Shown here one piece after another: positions 19,604 through 28,908 of a stretch of DNA of 64,000 nucleotides. The DNA lies in assembly GCA_963745835.1 (NCBI GenBank), contig CAVUZH010000008.1, positions 32,001 through 96,000 on the forward strand, given 5' to 3'. The notes under the pieces were generated by a model. It was not told the DNA's origin and did no database searches. It was given only the letters and a program-made list of their open reading frames with translations. A program made the position numbers and the translations under genes. How positions within the stretch are numbered: the first letter of the stretch is position 1; every line of letters starts with the position of its first letter. Origin of the DNA: an uncultured delta proteobacterium (GTDB taxonomy: Bacteria; Desulfobacterota; Binatia; UBA9968).

Positions 19604-20380
19604 TTATTTGTGAAACTGCTTGGTCCCGGCATAAGCCTTGGGATTCACTCTGCTGTGTTCTTCCTGCATCAACCATGCGATCTCCGCGGCCAGTGGCACG
19701 CTGGTCGCCTCCATGGAAGCATGCGCTGCCATTTTACAATATTTCAAAGTTGTCCGATCGAATCGGCCGATTTCTTCGCCCCACTGCCATGCCGCCTGGT
19801 CAAGTTCCTTGTGCGGCACGACGCGATTGATTAACCCGGCTGCCATCGATTTTGTCGCGTCCCAATTCTCGCCCGTGAGGATCAACTCAAAAGCCAATTT
19901 GGTTGGAATAAGGGTTTTGAACATCGTCGCAATGATCGGATAAGGCAGGAAACCGCGCTTGATCTCAGGCAAGCCGAACTGCGCTTGATCCGAAGCTATA
20001 GCAAGATCATGCGGCAAAAGAATTGTGATACCGGCTCCCAGGCAAAAGCCGTTTACGACGGCAATAGTGACTTTCGGAAAAGTTCTAATGGCTTCCGCTA
20101 CATGGTAGGCGCGCGGCTGAGCCCGGCGCTCCGGTTCCACTGCGGCGCCGCCCTCGGTGGGAAACTCAGACAGATCGCGGCCGGCGCAGTAAGCAATGTC
20201 CCCGGCGCCCGAGGTTAAAACCACTGCGATAGATTCATCGTTTCTTAGTTCTTCCAAAATCTGGAGCATCTCTCGTATTGTGTCCCGGCTCAAAGCATTC
20301 CTCTTATCCGGTCTGTTAATCGTGATTTTTGCCACTGCTCCGCGTTTCTCCAAGAGTGTAAATTTCCCTTCCTTGATCAT
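19604..20380 (-). CDS. Enoyl-CoA hydratase/isomerase (crotonase) family protein
   Basis: INRPDKRNAL, YCAGRDL, VNGFCLGAG and FGLPEIKRG motifs. Confidence 0.92.
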   Translation of the reverse strand: MIKEGKFTLLEKRGAVAKITINRPDKRNALSRDTIREMLQILEELRNDESIAVVLTSGAGDIAYCAGRDLSEFPTEGGAAVEPERRAQPRAYHVAEAIRTFPKVTIAVVNGFCLGAGITILLPHDLAIASDQAQFGLPEIKRGFLPYPIIATMFKTLIPTKLAFELILTGENWDATKSMAAGLINRVVPHKELDQAAWQWGEEIGRFDRTTLKYCKMAAHASMEATSVPLAAEIAWLMQEEHSRVNPKAYAGTKQFHK

Positions 20381-20494
20381 GAACAAGCCCTTTCTTACTT
20401 TGCAAGTTTATACGCGAATAACACCGCCGCTGCATGGGGTCAATCGCTGCCGATGCTTGAAACGGCACGGTGACTCGGATAAATCGAGGGAGCT

Positions 20495-21343
20495 ATGGAA
20501 TCTCAAATTAAACAAATTAGCCGATCTGTGTATGCCATAATAGGTCCGGAAGGCTCGACCAACTTCGGCATCGTCAAAGGCAGCGACACCAGCGCCGCGC
20601 TGATCGACGCTGATATCCGCCGCATTGACGAGATCGAAGAAGCGCTGCAGCTCACTGGCTGTTCCAAAGTCAGCTATCTAATCGACACCCACGAGCACTT
20701 CGACCACACCTCGGCGAATTTTTATTTTGCCCAGCGCGGCATACCGATTGTCGGCAGCGCGGGCTGCGCGGCTGCCATGCATGATGAGGGCGGGCCGGAT
20801 TTCGAGCGCATGATGAAGCCGGTGCCCGAGCTTTACGAGCGTTTTCCCGACCTCTGCTTGACATTGCCCGACGTCGTCTTCCGCGATTCGATAAAAATCG
20901 TCCTGCCGGGTGTGACCTTGCATCTGAAATATTGCGCCGAGAACGGCCACAGCCACAGCAAAGGCGATACGACGATTTATTTCGAAGAGGAAGAAATTCT
21001 CGTCGCCGGCGACCTGCTCTACACGGAAGTCCACCCTGTGACGTTCTTTGGCAATATTCCGAATTGGCTGACGGCCTTGAAGCCGCTCTTCGAAAGCCAC
21101 TATAGGCAACTTCTTCCGGGCCATGGGCCGGCGGTGGCGGGCGAGCAAGCGGGCAGAGCCTATTTCAAAAAAATGTACGACTACCTGGAGGATTTTCACG
21201 GCCGGATGGTCGAAGTCAAAGCCGGGCGTCAGAACGCTGAAGACGTGGCCCAACATATGCTGAGTGGAGCTTACGCGTCGTTCGGCAAGACACGTATGGT
21301 GGAAAGAAACATCAATCATTTTCTTACAGGAAGATGGTTTTAG
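20495..21343 (+). CDS. Metallo-beta-lactamase-fold hydrolase (cyclase-like)
   Basis: THEHFDH (HxHxDH), HSKGD, AGDL and PGHG motifs. Confidence 0.9.
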   Translation: MESQIKQISRSVYAIIGPEGSTNFGIVKGSDTSAALIDADIRRIDEIEEALQLTGCSKVSYLIDTHEHFDHTSANFYFAQRGIPIVGSAGCAAAMHDEGGPDFERMMKPVPELYERFPDLCLTLPDVVFRDSIKIVLPGVTLHLKYCAENGHSHSKGDTTIYFEEEEILVAGDLLYTEVHPVTFFGNIPNWLTALKPLFESHYRQLLPGHGPAVAGEQAGRAYFKKMYDYLEDFHGRMVEVKAGRQNAEDVAQHMLSGAYASFGKTRMVERNINHFLTGRWF

Positions 21344-21389
21344 ATGGCGCCAACCGTTCTTCAGAATGGCAATCGCTCTCGTACGAGTC

Positions 21390-21478
21390 CGATCCCCTCC
21401 GGCCGAGCACAGCGAGAGACCTTTTCGATGCCGTGCCGGATCAGACAAGAACGATTTCTCGCTCGGTTCGAAATGACA
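21390..21478. repeat. REP/RPE-like element, second copy of the GAAATGACA family
   Basis: CCGAGCACAGCGAGAGACCT...GATTTCTCGCTCGGTTCGAAATGACA. Confidence 0.5.
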
Positions 21479-22477
21479 CCCTTGGCGCTTACTGGAGGAC
21501 GTCTCGCACTGCTTTTGATCGTGAGTGCGTCGGTTATATTTTTCAGCGCCAGTCCGGGTCGCGCCGCCGAAAAGATCCGCGTCGCCTACCCGGCGGTGGC
21601 TCCCGGGCTGGCGCCTTCATGGGTCACCGCCGAGGCGGGGATCTGGCGGAAATATGGCTTGGACGTAGAAACCATTCTCGTCAGCGGCGGCGCGCGCGCC
21701 CTCCCGGCATTGATCAGCAACAGCGTTCAATTTTTGATGGGATCCGATACCGGTGTCACCACGGCGCGCTTGCAAGGGCTACCCGTGGTGCGATTGGGCG
21801 TGACGATGAACACGCTCGGCTCGGCGCTGCTTACCCAACCCAATATCCAGTCGGTGCGCGACTTGAAAGGCAGAACGCTGGGGATCTCGCGCGGGCGCGA
21901 CGCCAGTTACATACGTCTTGCCAAGCTGCTGCGCGATCATGGTCTCAATCCGAACGAAGACGTCAAGTTCTTACCGATCGGCGGCGGCGAGGGCGGCCGA
22001 TTATCCGCATTGAAGGCGGGAGTCATTCAGGGAACGATGCTTTTCCCGCCGTTGGATCTCATCGCCAGCAACGAAGGCTTGAAAGTCATCGAGAAGTTCG
22101 ACGTCGCAACGCCGGGCGGAGGGATCAATACCACGGCGGCGTTGCTCAAACAGAACCGCGCCATGGTGATCAATTTCCTCAAAGGCTACATGGAAGGCAT
22201 TCACTATATGGTTCAGCACAAGGACCTTAGCCTGAACATTTTGCAAAGATATTTTCACAACTCCGACATCACTGCCATGGGCTATCTTTACGACGAAACC
22301 ACCCGCCGTCTGGAGAAGGACCTCCGCGCCAATCAGGAATCGATTCGCTTCCACCTGGACTTGGCCGCCCTCGACGATCCCCGCGCCGCCAAGCTCGGCG
22401 AAAAAGATTTTTGGGACGCCAGCGTCGTTGAAGAGATTCGCCGCTCCGGATTTATCGACCAACTGTATAAGAAATAG
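21473..22477 (+). CDS. SsuA/NMT1-like ABC substrate-binding protein
   Basis: Hydrophobic signal after ATG 21473; AEKIRVAY, KYGLDVE and DLKGRTLGI motifs; start uncertain. Confidence 0.87.
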   Translation: MTPLALTGGRLALLLIVSASVIFFSASPGRAAEKIRVAYPAVAPGLAPSWVTAEAGIWRKYGLDVETILVSGGARALPALISNSVQFLMGSDTGVTTARLQGLPVVRLGVTMNTLGSALLTQPNIQSVRDLKGRTLGISRGRDASYIRLAKLLRDHGLNPNEDVKFLPIGGGEGGRLSALKAGVIQGTMLFPPLDLIASNEGLKVIEKFDVATPGGGINTTAALLKQNRAMVINFLKGYMEGIHYMVQHKDLSLNILQRYFHNSDITAMGYLYDETTRRLEKDLRANQESIRFHLDLAALDDPRAAKLGEKDFWDASVVEEIRRSGFIDQLYKK

Positions 22478-22486
22478 GAGCTACGC

Positions 22487-24055
22487 ATGGGTTACTACCG
22501 GAGTCTCAGGGAATACGTTCAGACATTGGAAAGCCGCGAAAAGCTTTTTCGCATCGAGCATCAAGTTTGCCGCGAGACTGAGCTTCACCCACTGGTGCGC
22601 TGGCAATTCCGCGGCCTCCCGGAGAACGAGCGGCGCGCGTTTCTATTCTCCAAAGTTGCGAGCATCACCGGCCGCAAATACAACATGTCCGTTTTATCGG
22701 GGGCGTGCGCCTCTTCACGCGCAATTTACGCTTTGGGGATGCGATGTCGGGAGGAAGAGATCTTCAATCGCTGGATCAACGCTCAGAAAAATCCCATCGA
22801 CCCCGTCGTCGTGCGGGAGGGACCGATTCAGGAAATCGACGTCGACAGCGGCCTCGATGATACCGTCGATGGCATCCCGGTTCCACTGGGGAATCCTGGC
22901 TTTGACAGTTCGCTGCGCTTAACCGCGGCTCTCTGGGTCACCGCTGATCCGGAAACCGGACAACGAAACGTCGGAGTCTACAGCGGCTATATTCGCCAGG
23001 GCGGGAAAATTTCCGTCGGCCTGGGCGCCGGTAAAGATTCACGCATTCATCTGGACAAAGCGCGCGAAAAGAAATTGCCGCTCAAAGCCGCCGTGGTGAT
23101 CGGGCCGACGCCGAACTTGATCTACGCCGCCGCTTCTACTTTTCCGTACGGGGTCGATGAGTATGCGGTGGCGGGAGCGATCGCCGGCAAGCCTCTGGAA
23201 CTGGTTCGCTGCCGCACCTCCGATCTTTATGTGCCCGCTCACGCCGAAATGGTACTGGAGGGCGAGATTTCTCTGGATGAGATGGATCATAATTGGCCGT
23301 TCGGGGAATTCTCCGGCTACATGGCCGGACGCGGCCGCTATCCGCGTTTTATCGTCAAGCATATCACGCAGCGCCGAGATCCAATTTTGCTCGATCTCGT
23401 CGCAGCTCATCCGCCTTGCGAAGGAAGCAAACTCAAGCAAATCGCTACCGAAGCGATTTTTTATCACGGCTTAAAAGAAAACGTCGGCATGAGCGGAATC
23501 ACGCAGGTGGCAATTCACGAGGAAAGCGGCGGCTGGGGACTTTTCGTTATCCAGCTCAAAGCTCGCCAACCCGCCCATGCCTGGCAAGCGCTAAACTCCG
23601 CCGCCAGCTTGACTCCCGGCATTGGCAAAATATTCATCGTCGTGGACGAAGACATCGATCCGCACGATCTCGACGCAGTGATGTGGGCGCTGGTTTTTCG
23701 AGTCCAGCCGCACCGCGATATCCAAACCGTAACCGGCAGGCGGCCGATGATGGATCCGTCCGCGGTTTCACCCACCCAGCCGGGTTGGCATCACCATTAT
23801 CCCGAGCCGCACGGCTCCTCGGCCCTGCTCATCAATGCGCTTAAAAAATGGAACTACCCGCCCGTCGCCCTCCCCGCCAAACAGTACATGGAAAGCGCGC
23901 GCCGGTTATGGGAGGAATTGGGATTACCGCAACTCAAACCGAAATCGCCATGGCATGGTTACGAGCTTGGGCATTGGCCCGAGGAGTTGCGCAATGCTGC
24001 GGCCGCCGTCGCGGCCGGACGGAGCCCTGAAGACTCTAGTAAGAAGGAGTCATAG
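22487..24055 (+). CDS. UbiD-family (prFMN-type) decarboxylase-like protein with a non-canonical active site
   Basis: YRSLREY, DPETGQRNVGVY, VPAHAEMVLEG, PFGEFSGY and IVVDEDIDP motifs. Confidence 0.9.
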   Translation: MGYYRSLREYVQTLESREKLFRIEHQVCRETELHPLVRWQFRGLPENERRAFLFSKVASITGRKYNMSVLSGACASSRAIYALGMRCREEEIFNRWINAQKNPIDPVVVREGPIQEIDVDSGLDDTVDGIPVPLGNPGFDSSLRLTAALWVTADPETGQRNVGVYSGYIRQGGKISVGLGAGKDSRIHLDKAREKKLPLKAAVVIGPTPNLIYAAASTFPYGVDEYAVAGAIAGKPLELVRCRTSDLYVPAHAEMVLEGEISLDEMDHNWPFGEFSGYMAGRGRYPRFIVKHITQRRDPILLDLVAAHPPCEGSKLKQIATEAIFYHGLKENVGMSGITQVAIHEESGGWGLFVIQLKARQPAHAWQALNSAASLTPGIGKIFIVVDEDIDPHDLDAVMWALVFRVQPHRDIQTVTGRRPMMDPSAVSPTQPGWHHHYPEPHGSSALLINALKKWNYPPVALPAKQYMESARRLWEELGLPQLKPKSPWHGYELGHWPEELRNAAAAVAAGRSPEDSSKKES

Positions 24056-24060
24056 GTCCT

Positions 24061-25050
24061 ATGGCACCTAGATTTTTTTCTATCGTGCGCGCTCTCGCCG
24101 CTGTTCTGGCGTGGTCCTTGATCAACGGCGGGGCATCGCTGGCTCTCGACGAGGTGAAGGTTCACACATCCGGCAGCACTAGCGCTAACGTGCTCATCTA
24201 CAAAATCGCTCAGGAACAAGGCTTTTATAAAGAAGAGAACCTCAACGTTCTCACGATCGCCGCAACCTCACAGGCCGGCATTCAGGGGTTAGTCGGAGGA
24301 AGTTTCGACTTTAGCCAGATCCTCGGCCAAACCTCCGCGGCGATTCTGCATGGCGCGCCGCTCAAGAATGTCATGGTTTTCGACACCAAGCCGCTTTTCT
24401 GGTTTTTCGGCAGCAAAAAAATCAGGCGCGTACAGGATTTGAAGGGTGGCAAGCTCATCGGCGTTTCGAGCCTCGGCGCCAACACCGATCAAATGACCCG
24501 TGAGATCCTGGCGATGAACGGCATCGATCCGCGCAAAGACGTGGTGATACAAGGAACCGGAACCGGCGCGGTGCGTTTAGCAGCCTTGATCGGCGGCAGT
24601 CTCGACGCCGCAATCACAAATCCGACGGAGAGTATTGTCGCACGCAAGCAGGGGTTGAACGAGCTTTTCTTCTATGGCGATTACGATCTCAACATCGTCT
24701 CAGGCGGCGCCGCGCTCACGGAACGAATGCTCAGGGAAAAGCCCGATCTCGTTCGCCGTTTTCTCCGCGCCACGTTGAGAGCGCTGCTCTGGTTTCGCAC
24801 CAACGAGAAAGACGCCGTGGCGCGCATGGCCGAAGCGTTCAAGATTTCGCCTGATGACGCGCTCGGCATTTATAAAGCAACGCTCAAAAGCTATACACTC
24901 GATGGTACTATCTCGCGCGAACTCCAGGAAACAATTGTAACTTTTCAGCGCAAGCAGCTTAAAGTGGAAAAGGAAATTCCACCCGAAACGGTTTATGACT
25001 TCACTATCTTGCGAGCGCTCAACGATGAGCGTAAAAAATCGAGGTCATGA
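24061..25050 (+). CDS. SsuA/NMT1-like ABC substrate-binding protein
   Basis: Signal peptide; IAQEQGFYKEE, DLKGGKLIGVS and GSLDAA motifs. Confidence 0.87.
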   Translation: MAPRFFSIVRALAAVLAWSLINGGASLALDEVKVHTSGSTSANVLIYKIAQEQGFYKEENLNVLTIAATSQAGIQGLVGGSFDFSQILGQTSAAILHGAPLKNVMVFDTKPLFWFFGSKKIRRVQDLKGGKLIGVSSLGANTDQMTREILAMNGIDPRKDVVIQGTGTGAVRLAALIGGSLDAAITNPTESIVARKQGLNELFFYGDYDLNIVSGGAALTERMLREKPDLVRRFLRATLRALLWFRTNEKDAVARMAEAFKISPDDALGIYKATLKSYTLDGTISRELQETIVTFQRKQLKVEKEIPPETVYDFTILRALNDERKKSRS

Positions 25051-26048
25051 AAATGAGATTTCTTACTTCGCTTGTTGGTTGCTTGTTGGGCCTGGTGGTA
25101 AGCGACTTCAGCCCCGTACACGCGCAGAAACTGGAAAAGCTCGTCATCGGTTATCCTGCTCCGGTGGCCTCGCTCGGTCTTATCGACGTCACCCGTAAAG
25201 CGGGTCTGTTCAAAAAGCACGGGCTAGACGTCGACCTGGTCTATATCCAGGGAAGCCCGATCCTTACGGCAGCGATGATGTCGGGACAGGTGCCGCTGAG
25301 CTTTCTTGGCGGCGCAGCAATCGTTGCCTCGGCGGTTGGCGGGGCCGATACCGTCTACTTGGGGTGCGCGATCAACACGCTCTACTGGCGCGTCTTCTCA
25401 TCTCCCGAAATCAAGGATGTTGCCGATCTCAAGGGGAAAAGAATCGGTGTCACCACAATCGGTTCACAAGAAGACAGCGTGGTGCGCTATCTGCTCAGAG
25501 AACGGGGTCTCAATCCGGAGCGGGACGTGACGGTAGTTGCGGTGGGCTCGGCCCCCACCCGGTTGGCCGCGTTGAGCAAAGGCTTCGTGCAGGCTTCGAC
25601 GTTTATCCCGCCGCAAGATATCGCCGCCGAAAAGCTGGGCCTCAATGTATTGATCGATATGAGCAAGTTGGGCTTGTACAACCCCGGCAGTTGCTTTGCC
25701 AGCACAAAGAGCTACGTAAGAAACCATCGCGACACCGTAATGCGGGTCATGAAGGCGTTCGTCGAAGGACTTAGGTTTTATCGGGATAACAAGGAATTTG
25801 CTCTCAAGATCACCGCCGACTTCGCGCAAAACAGAAACGTCGACGTGCTTAATTCTACTTACGAGATCGTCACCCGTTATCAAGACCGTGTTCCTTACGT
25901 CAATATGCAGGGCATCGAGTTCATGCTCAAAACTCTGGAGGTGCGCGACCCTCGGGCCAAGACATTCGATCCCGCCAATGTGGTCGATTCAAGCTTTATC
26001 CGGGAATTAGAAAAAACCGGCTTTATCGATTCCGTATGGAAGAATTAG
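25047..26048 (+). CDS. SsuA/NMT1-like ABC substrate-binding protein
   Basis: Signal peptide; GLFKKHGLDV and DLKGKRIGVT motifs. Confidence 0.88.
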   Translation: MKMRFLTSLVGCLLGLVVSDFSPVHAQKLEKLVIGYPAPVASLGLIDVTRKAGLFKKHGLDVDLVYIQGSPILTAAMMSGQVPLSFLGGAAIVASAVGGADTVYLGCAINTLYWRVFSSPEIKDVADLKGKRIGVTTIGSQEDSVVRYLLRERGLNPERDVTVVAVGSAPTRLAALSKGFVQASTFIPPQDIAAEKLGLNVLIDMSKLGLYNPGSCFASTKSYVRNHRDTVMRVMKAFVEGLRFYRDNKEFALKITADFAQNRNVDVLNSTYEIVTRYQDRVPYVNMQGIEFMLKTLEVRDPRAKTFDPANVVDSSFIRELEKTGFIDSVWKN

Positions 26049-26055
26049 CCGGCAC

Positions 26056-27567
26056 ATGATCATCGGCGAAGCCCTCCCGCGTAACGCGCAACACTTTCCG
26101 GACAAACCTGCGATCGTAGATCAAAACAAATCGATAACCCACCTCGATCTTCACCTGCGCACCAATCGCCTCGGCAATTATCTGGTTAAGCAAGGAATCC
26201 GCAGAGGCGATCGAGTGGCAGTTTCCTGCGGCAGCCGATCCGAGCACTTCGAGATGCTATTTGGTATTGCGAAGATCGGCGCCATCGCGGTTCCTTTCGA
26301 TTACAACTGGAGCGCCGAGGAATGCGCCGCGATGGTAAAATTTTTTGAGCCAAGCGCCTTTGTTCTCGAAGGCCGCGAGGAAACCCAAGATCTGTGCGCC
26401 CTAGCCAGCGAGCACATGGATGCCAATAAGCTACTGGCCATCGGCAGCCTAAGCGCTCACGGCAATACGCCGTATGAGCAGGCATTGGCTTCCGTTTCCG
26501 CCGATGATCCTGAGATTGCGATCGACGGCAAAGATCTATTTCTGATCATGATCACGTCCGGCACAACCGGTTTCCCCAAGGGTTGCCAGATCAATCACGA
26601 AACCTACGCGCTGCGCTCCATCAATAATGCCATCACCAAGGGATTGAGCGATGACGAGCGCGCTCTGATTGCCTTGCCGCTGCACTTTAATGCTGGCCGC
26701 GGATCGATGATGGGCATGCTTTATCTCGGCGGTACCGTATTCGTCCATGAACGCTTTCATGAAGAAAAATTTCTAAGCGCCGTCCAGAACGAGCGCATCA
26801 CCTACACCATGCTCGTTCCAACACTCTGCCACCGATTACTGCGCTATCCCGATTTGGACAAGTTCGATAGATCGACCTTGCGGTATTTAGGCATCACCGG
26901 AGGCCATCTCTCGCGTGACTTGGCAAACGAAGTTATGGAGCGCATCTGCCCGCACCTTTACGAGGCGTATGCCTCGACCGACTGCGGCCAGATCACCATC
27001 ATCGGGCCGGAGGACCGTAATATCGCCGCGGAAAGCGTCGGTAAGCCGATCTGGTGTGTCTTGCTCAAGATTGCCGCTGATGATCAGCGAGAACTTCCGC
27101 GCGGGCAAGAAGGAGAAATCTGCGTGCGCACTCCATTGGCCATCCAGGGCTACGACAACAATGCCCAGGCAACCGAAGAGTTCTTCAGAGGCGGCTGGTG
27201 TCATACCGGAGATATCGGTTTCTACGATGAGAAAGGCTATCTGACGGTTTCCGGGCGTAAGAAAAACATGATCAAGAGCGGCGGCATTAGCGTATTTCCG
27301 GAAGAGATAGAGGACGCGCTGCGCAAGCATCCTCAAGTTGCCGATGTGGCGGTGATCGGCTTCAAAAGTTCCGAATGGGGTGAGGCCGTGAAGGCCTTTG
27401 TGGTTCTCAACGCAGGGGCAGACTGCGATGCCGATTCTCTGATTGCATTCTGCAAGGCATCTCTCGCTACCTATAAGGCACCGAAGGTGATCGAGTTCAT
27501 CGCTAGCTTGCCGCGAACCGGCCTGGGCAAGATTGATCGCGGCAAGCTGGCGTCGATCGCAGTCTGA
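26056..27567 (+). CDS. Class I adenylate-forming enzyme (acyl/aryl-CoA ligase)
   Basis: TSGTTGFPKG, YEAYASTD, HTGDIG, GRKKNMIKSGG and LPRTGLGKI motifs. Confidence 0.92.
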   Translation: MIIGEALPRNAQHFPDKPAIVDQNKSITHLDLHLRTNRLGNYLVKQGIRRGDRVAVSCGSRSEHFEMLFGIAKIGAIAVPFDYNWSAEECAAMVKFFEPSAFVLEGREETQDLCALASEHMDANKLLAIGSLSAHGNTPYEQALASVSADDPEIAIDGKDLFLIMITSGTTGFPKGCQINHETYALRSINNAITKGLSDDERALIALPLHFNAGRGSMMGMLYLGGTVFVHERFHEEKFLSAVQNERITYTMLVPTLCHRLLRYPDLDKFDRSTLRYLGITGGHLSRDLANEVMERICPHLYEAYASTDCGQITIIGPEDRNIAAESVGKPIWCVLLKIAADDQRELPRGQEGEICVRTPLAIQGYDNNAQATEEFFRGGWCHTGDIGFYDEKGYLTVSGRKKNMIKSGGISVFPEEIEDALRKHPQVADVAVIGFKSSEWGEAVKAFVVLNAGADCDADSLIAFCKASLATYKAPKVIEFIASLPRTGLGKIDRGKLASIAV

Positions 27568-27632
27568 TATATCGCTTCAAGCGAGACATCATTGCGCGCG
27601 CACTGGGCGGAGAATGATAGCAGAGGGGTAGT

Positions 27633-28646
27633 ATGACCAAAGCAATTCGTGTTTCGACAACTGTCTTGGGATTTTTGATAGCGATCACATTCTCCTTTGC
27701 AAAACTGGCTGCCGCGCCCCTGGAGAAGGTCAACGCCAGCTACGGCGCCATTTCCGGTTCGATGCTGCCGATTTGGGTTGCCAAGGAGGCGCGACTGTTT
27801 GAAAAACAGGGGTTGGATTTGAACCTGGTGTATATCTCAGGCGGCCCGCGCAGCATCATGTCGTTGATCGGCGGCAGCGTACAATTTGTTAATCACTCCG
27901 GGATGCCTGCTTTGGAAGCTTATCAGCGCGGCGCCGACACCGCCATGATTGCATCGCCGATGAATCAACTCGAGCATTCGCTGGTCGTGCAAAAAAACAT
28001 CACGAGTGTCGAACAACTCCGGGGCAAAATACTTGGCATGAGCACCTCAGGCTCACTGACCGACATTCTCTTGCGTGAAGGTCTGCGCCTGAACGGTGTC
28101 TCGGAGAAGGAGGTAACCATCATTCCGGTAGGCGATTTGGGCGCGCGCCTGAGCGGGCTGCAAACCGGCCGAATCCATGGCGCCATCATCGCCGGCGTAC
28201 AGACGCTAACCGCCACCAGAATGGGATTTAAACAGCTCATCGACTATTCCAAACTACCCCTGGAGATTTCCGGATCGGGTATTCTTATACGACGAGCCTA
28301 TGTCAACAAAAACTCCGAAACCACACTCAAATTTTTGAGAGGCTGGATCGAAGGAATCTATTTGTTAAAAGCCAAGCCGGAGTTCAGTCTCGGTGTGTTG
28401 AAGAAATATGTAGCAACTCAGGATAGCGAGGTTCTAAATGCTATTTATGGTCACTATAAAGAAAAGCTCACGACCAAGCCGGCTCCGCAAGTGCGCGTCG
28501 TGAAATCGATGCTTTATTTACTGTCGCGCACCGGTTCGGAACTTGCCACTAACACCAGTCCGGAAGGGTTTATCGAAGCGCGTTTCATCAACGAGCTTGA
28601 AGCTGCCGGATTTTTCGAAGAGATGAATCGACAATTTAGTAAGTAA
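27633..28646 (+). CDS. SsuA/NMT1-like ABC substrate-binding protein
   Basis: Signal peptide; PIWVAKEARLFEKQGLD and QLRGKILG motifs. Confidence 0.88.
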   Translation: MTKAIRVSTTVLGFLIAITFSFAKLAAAPLEKVNASYGAISGSMLPIWVAKEARLFEKQGLDLNLVYISGGPRSIMSLIGGSVQFVNHSGMPALEAYQRGADTAMIASPMNQLEHSLVVQKNITSVEQLRGKILGMSTSGSLTDILLREGLRLNGVSEKEVTIIPVGDLGARLSGLQTGRIHGAIIAGVQTLTATRMGFKQLIDYSKLPLEISGSGILIRRAYVNKNSETTLKFLRGWIEGIYLLKAKPEFSLGVLKKYVATQDSEVLNAIYGHYKEKLTTKPAPQVRVVKSMLYLLSRTGSELATNTSPEGFIEARFINELEAAGFFEEMNRQFSK

Positions 28647-28908
28647 GCTCGATAGTCGCCGCTAGCCAACTTACAACAGCCCCTCTAACGATCAAGGAAC
28701 ACCGGAGAATTTCCTTCTAAGTAGCCGATTCGGCGCGTTTTAGCCGATGATTAACGCGCCGAATTTGCAAAATCTGCGAACAAACTCCTAATTCTAAGCA
28801 GGGTATGTTTTTGCGATCCCGCTCCCGTGCTAGATTGAAACTGAGCGCACTTCTAGCAATGCTCGTTTCGTAGGTACTCGTAGTTCTACATCCTTGAGGG
28901 CTGGCATT

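Noticed and set aside
21334-22230. 298-aa alternative-frame ORF and similar long overlapping ORFs (e.g. 10914-11642, 20678-21448, 60814-61458)
   Set aside because: Arg/Gly-rich or antisense shadows expected from GC-biased codon usage.
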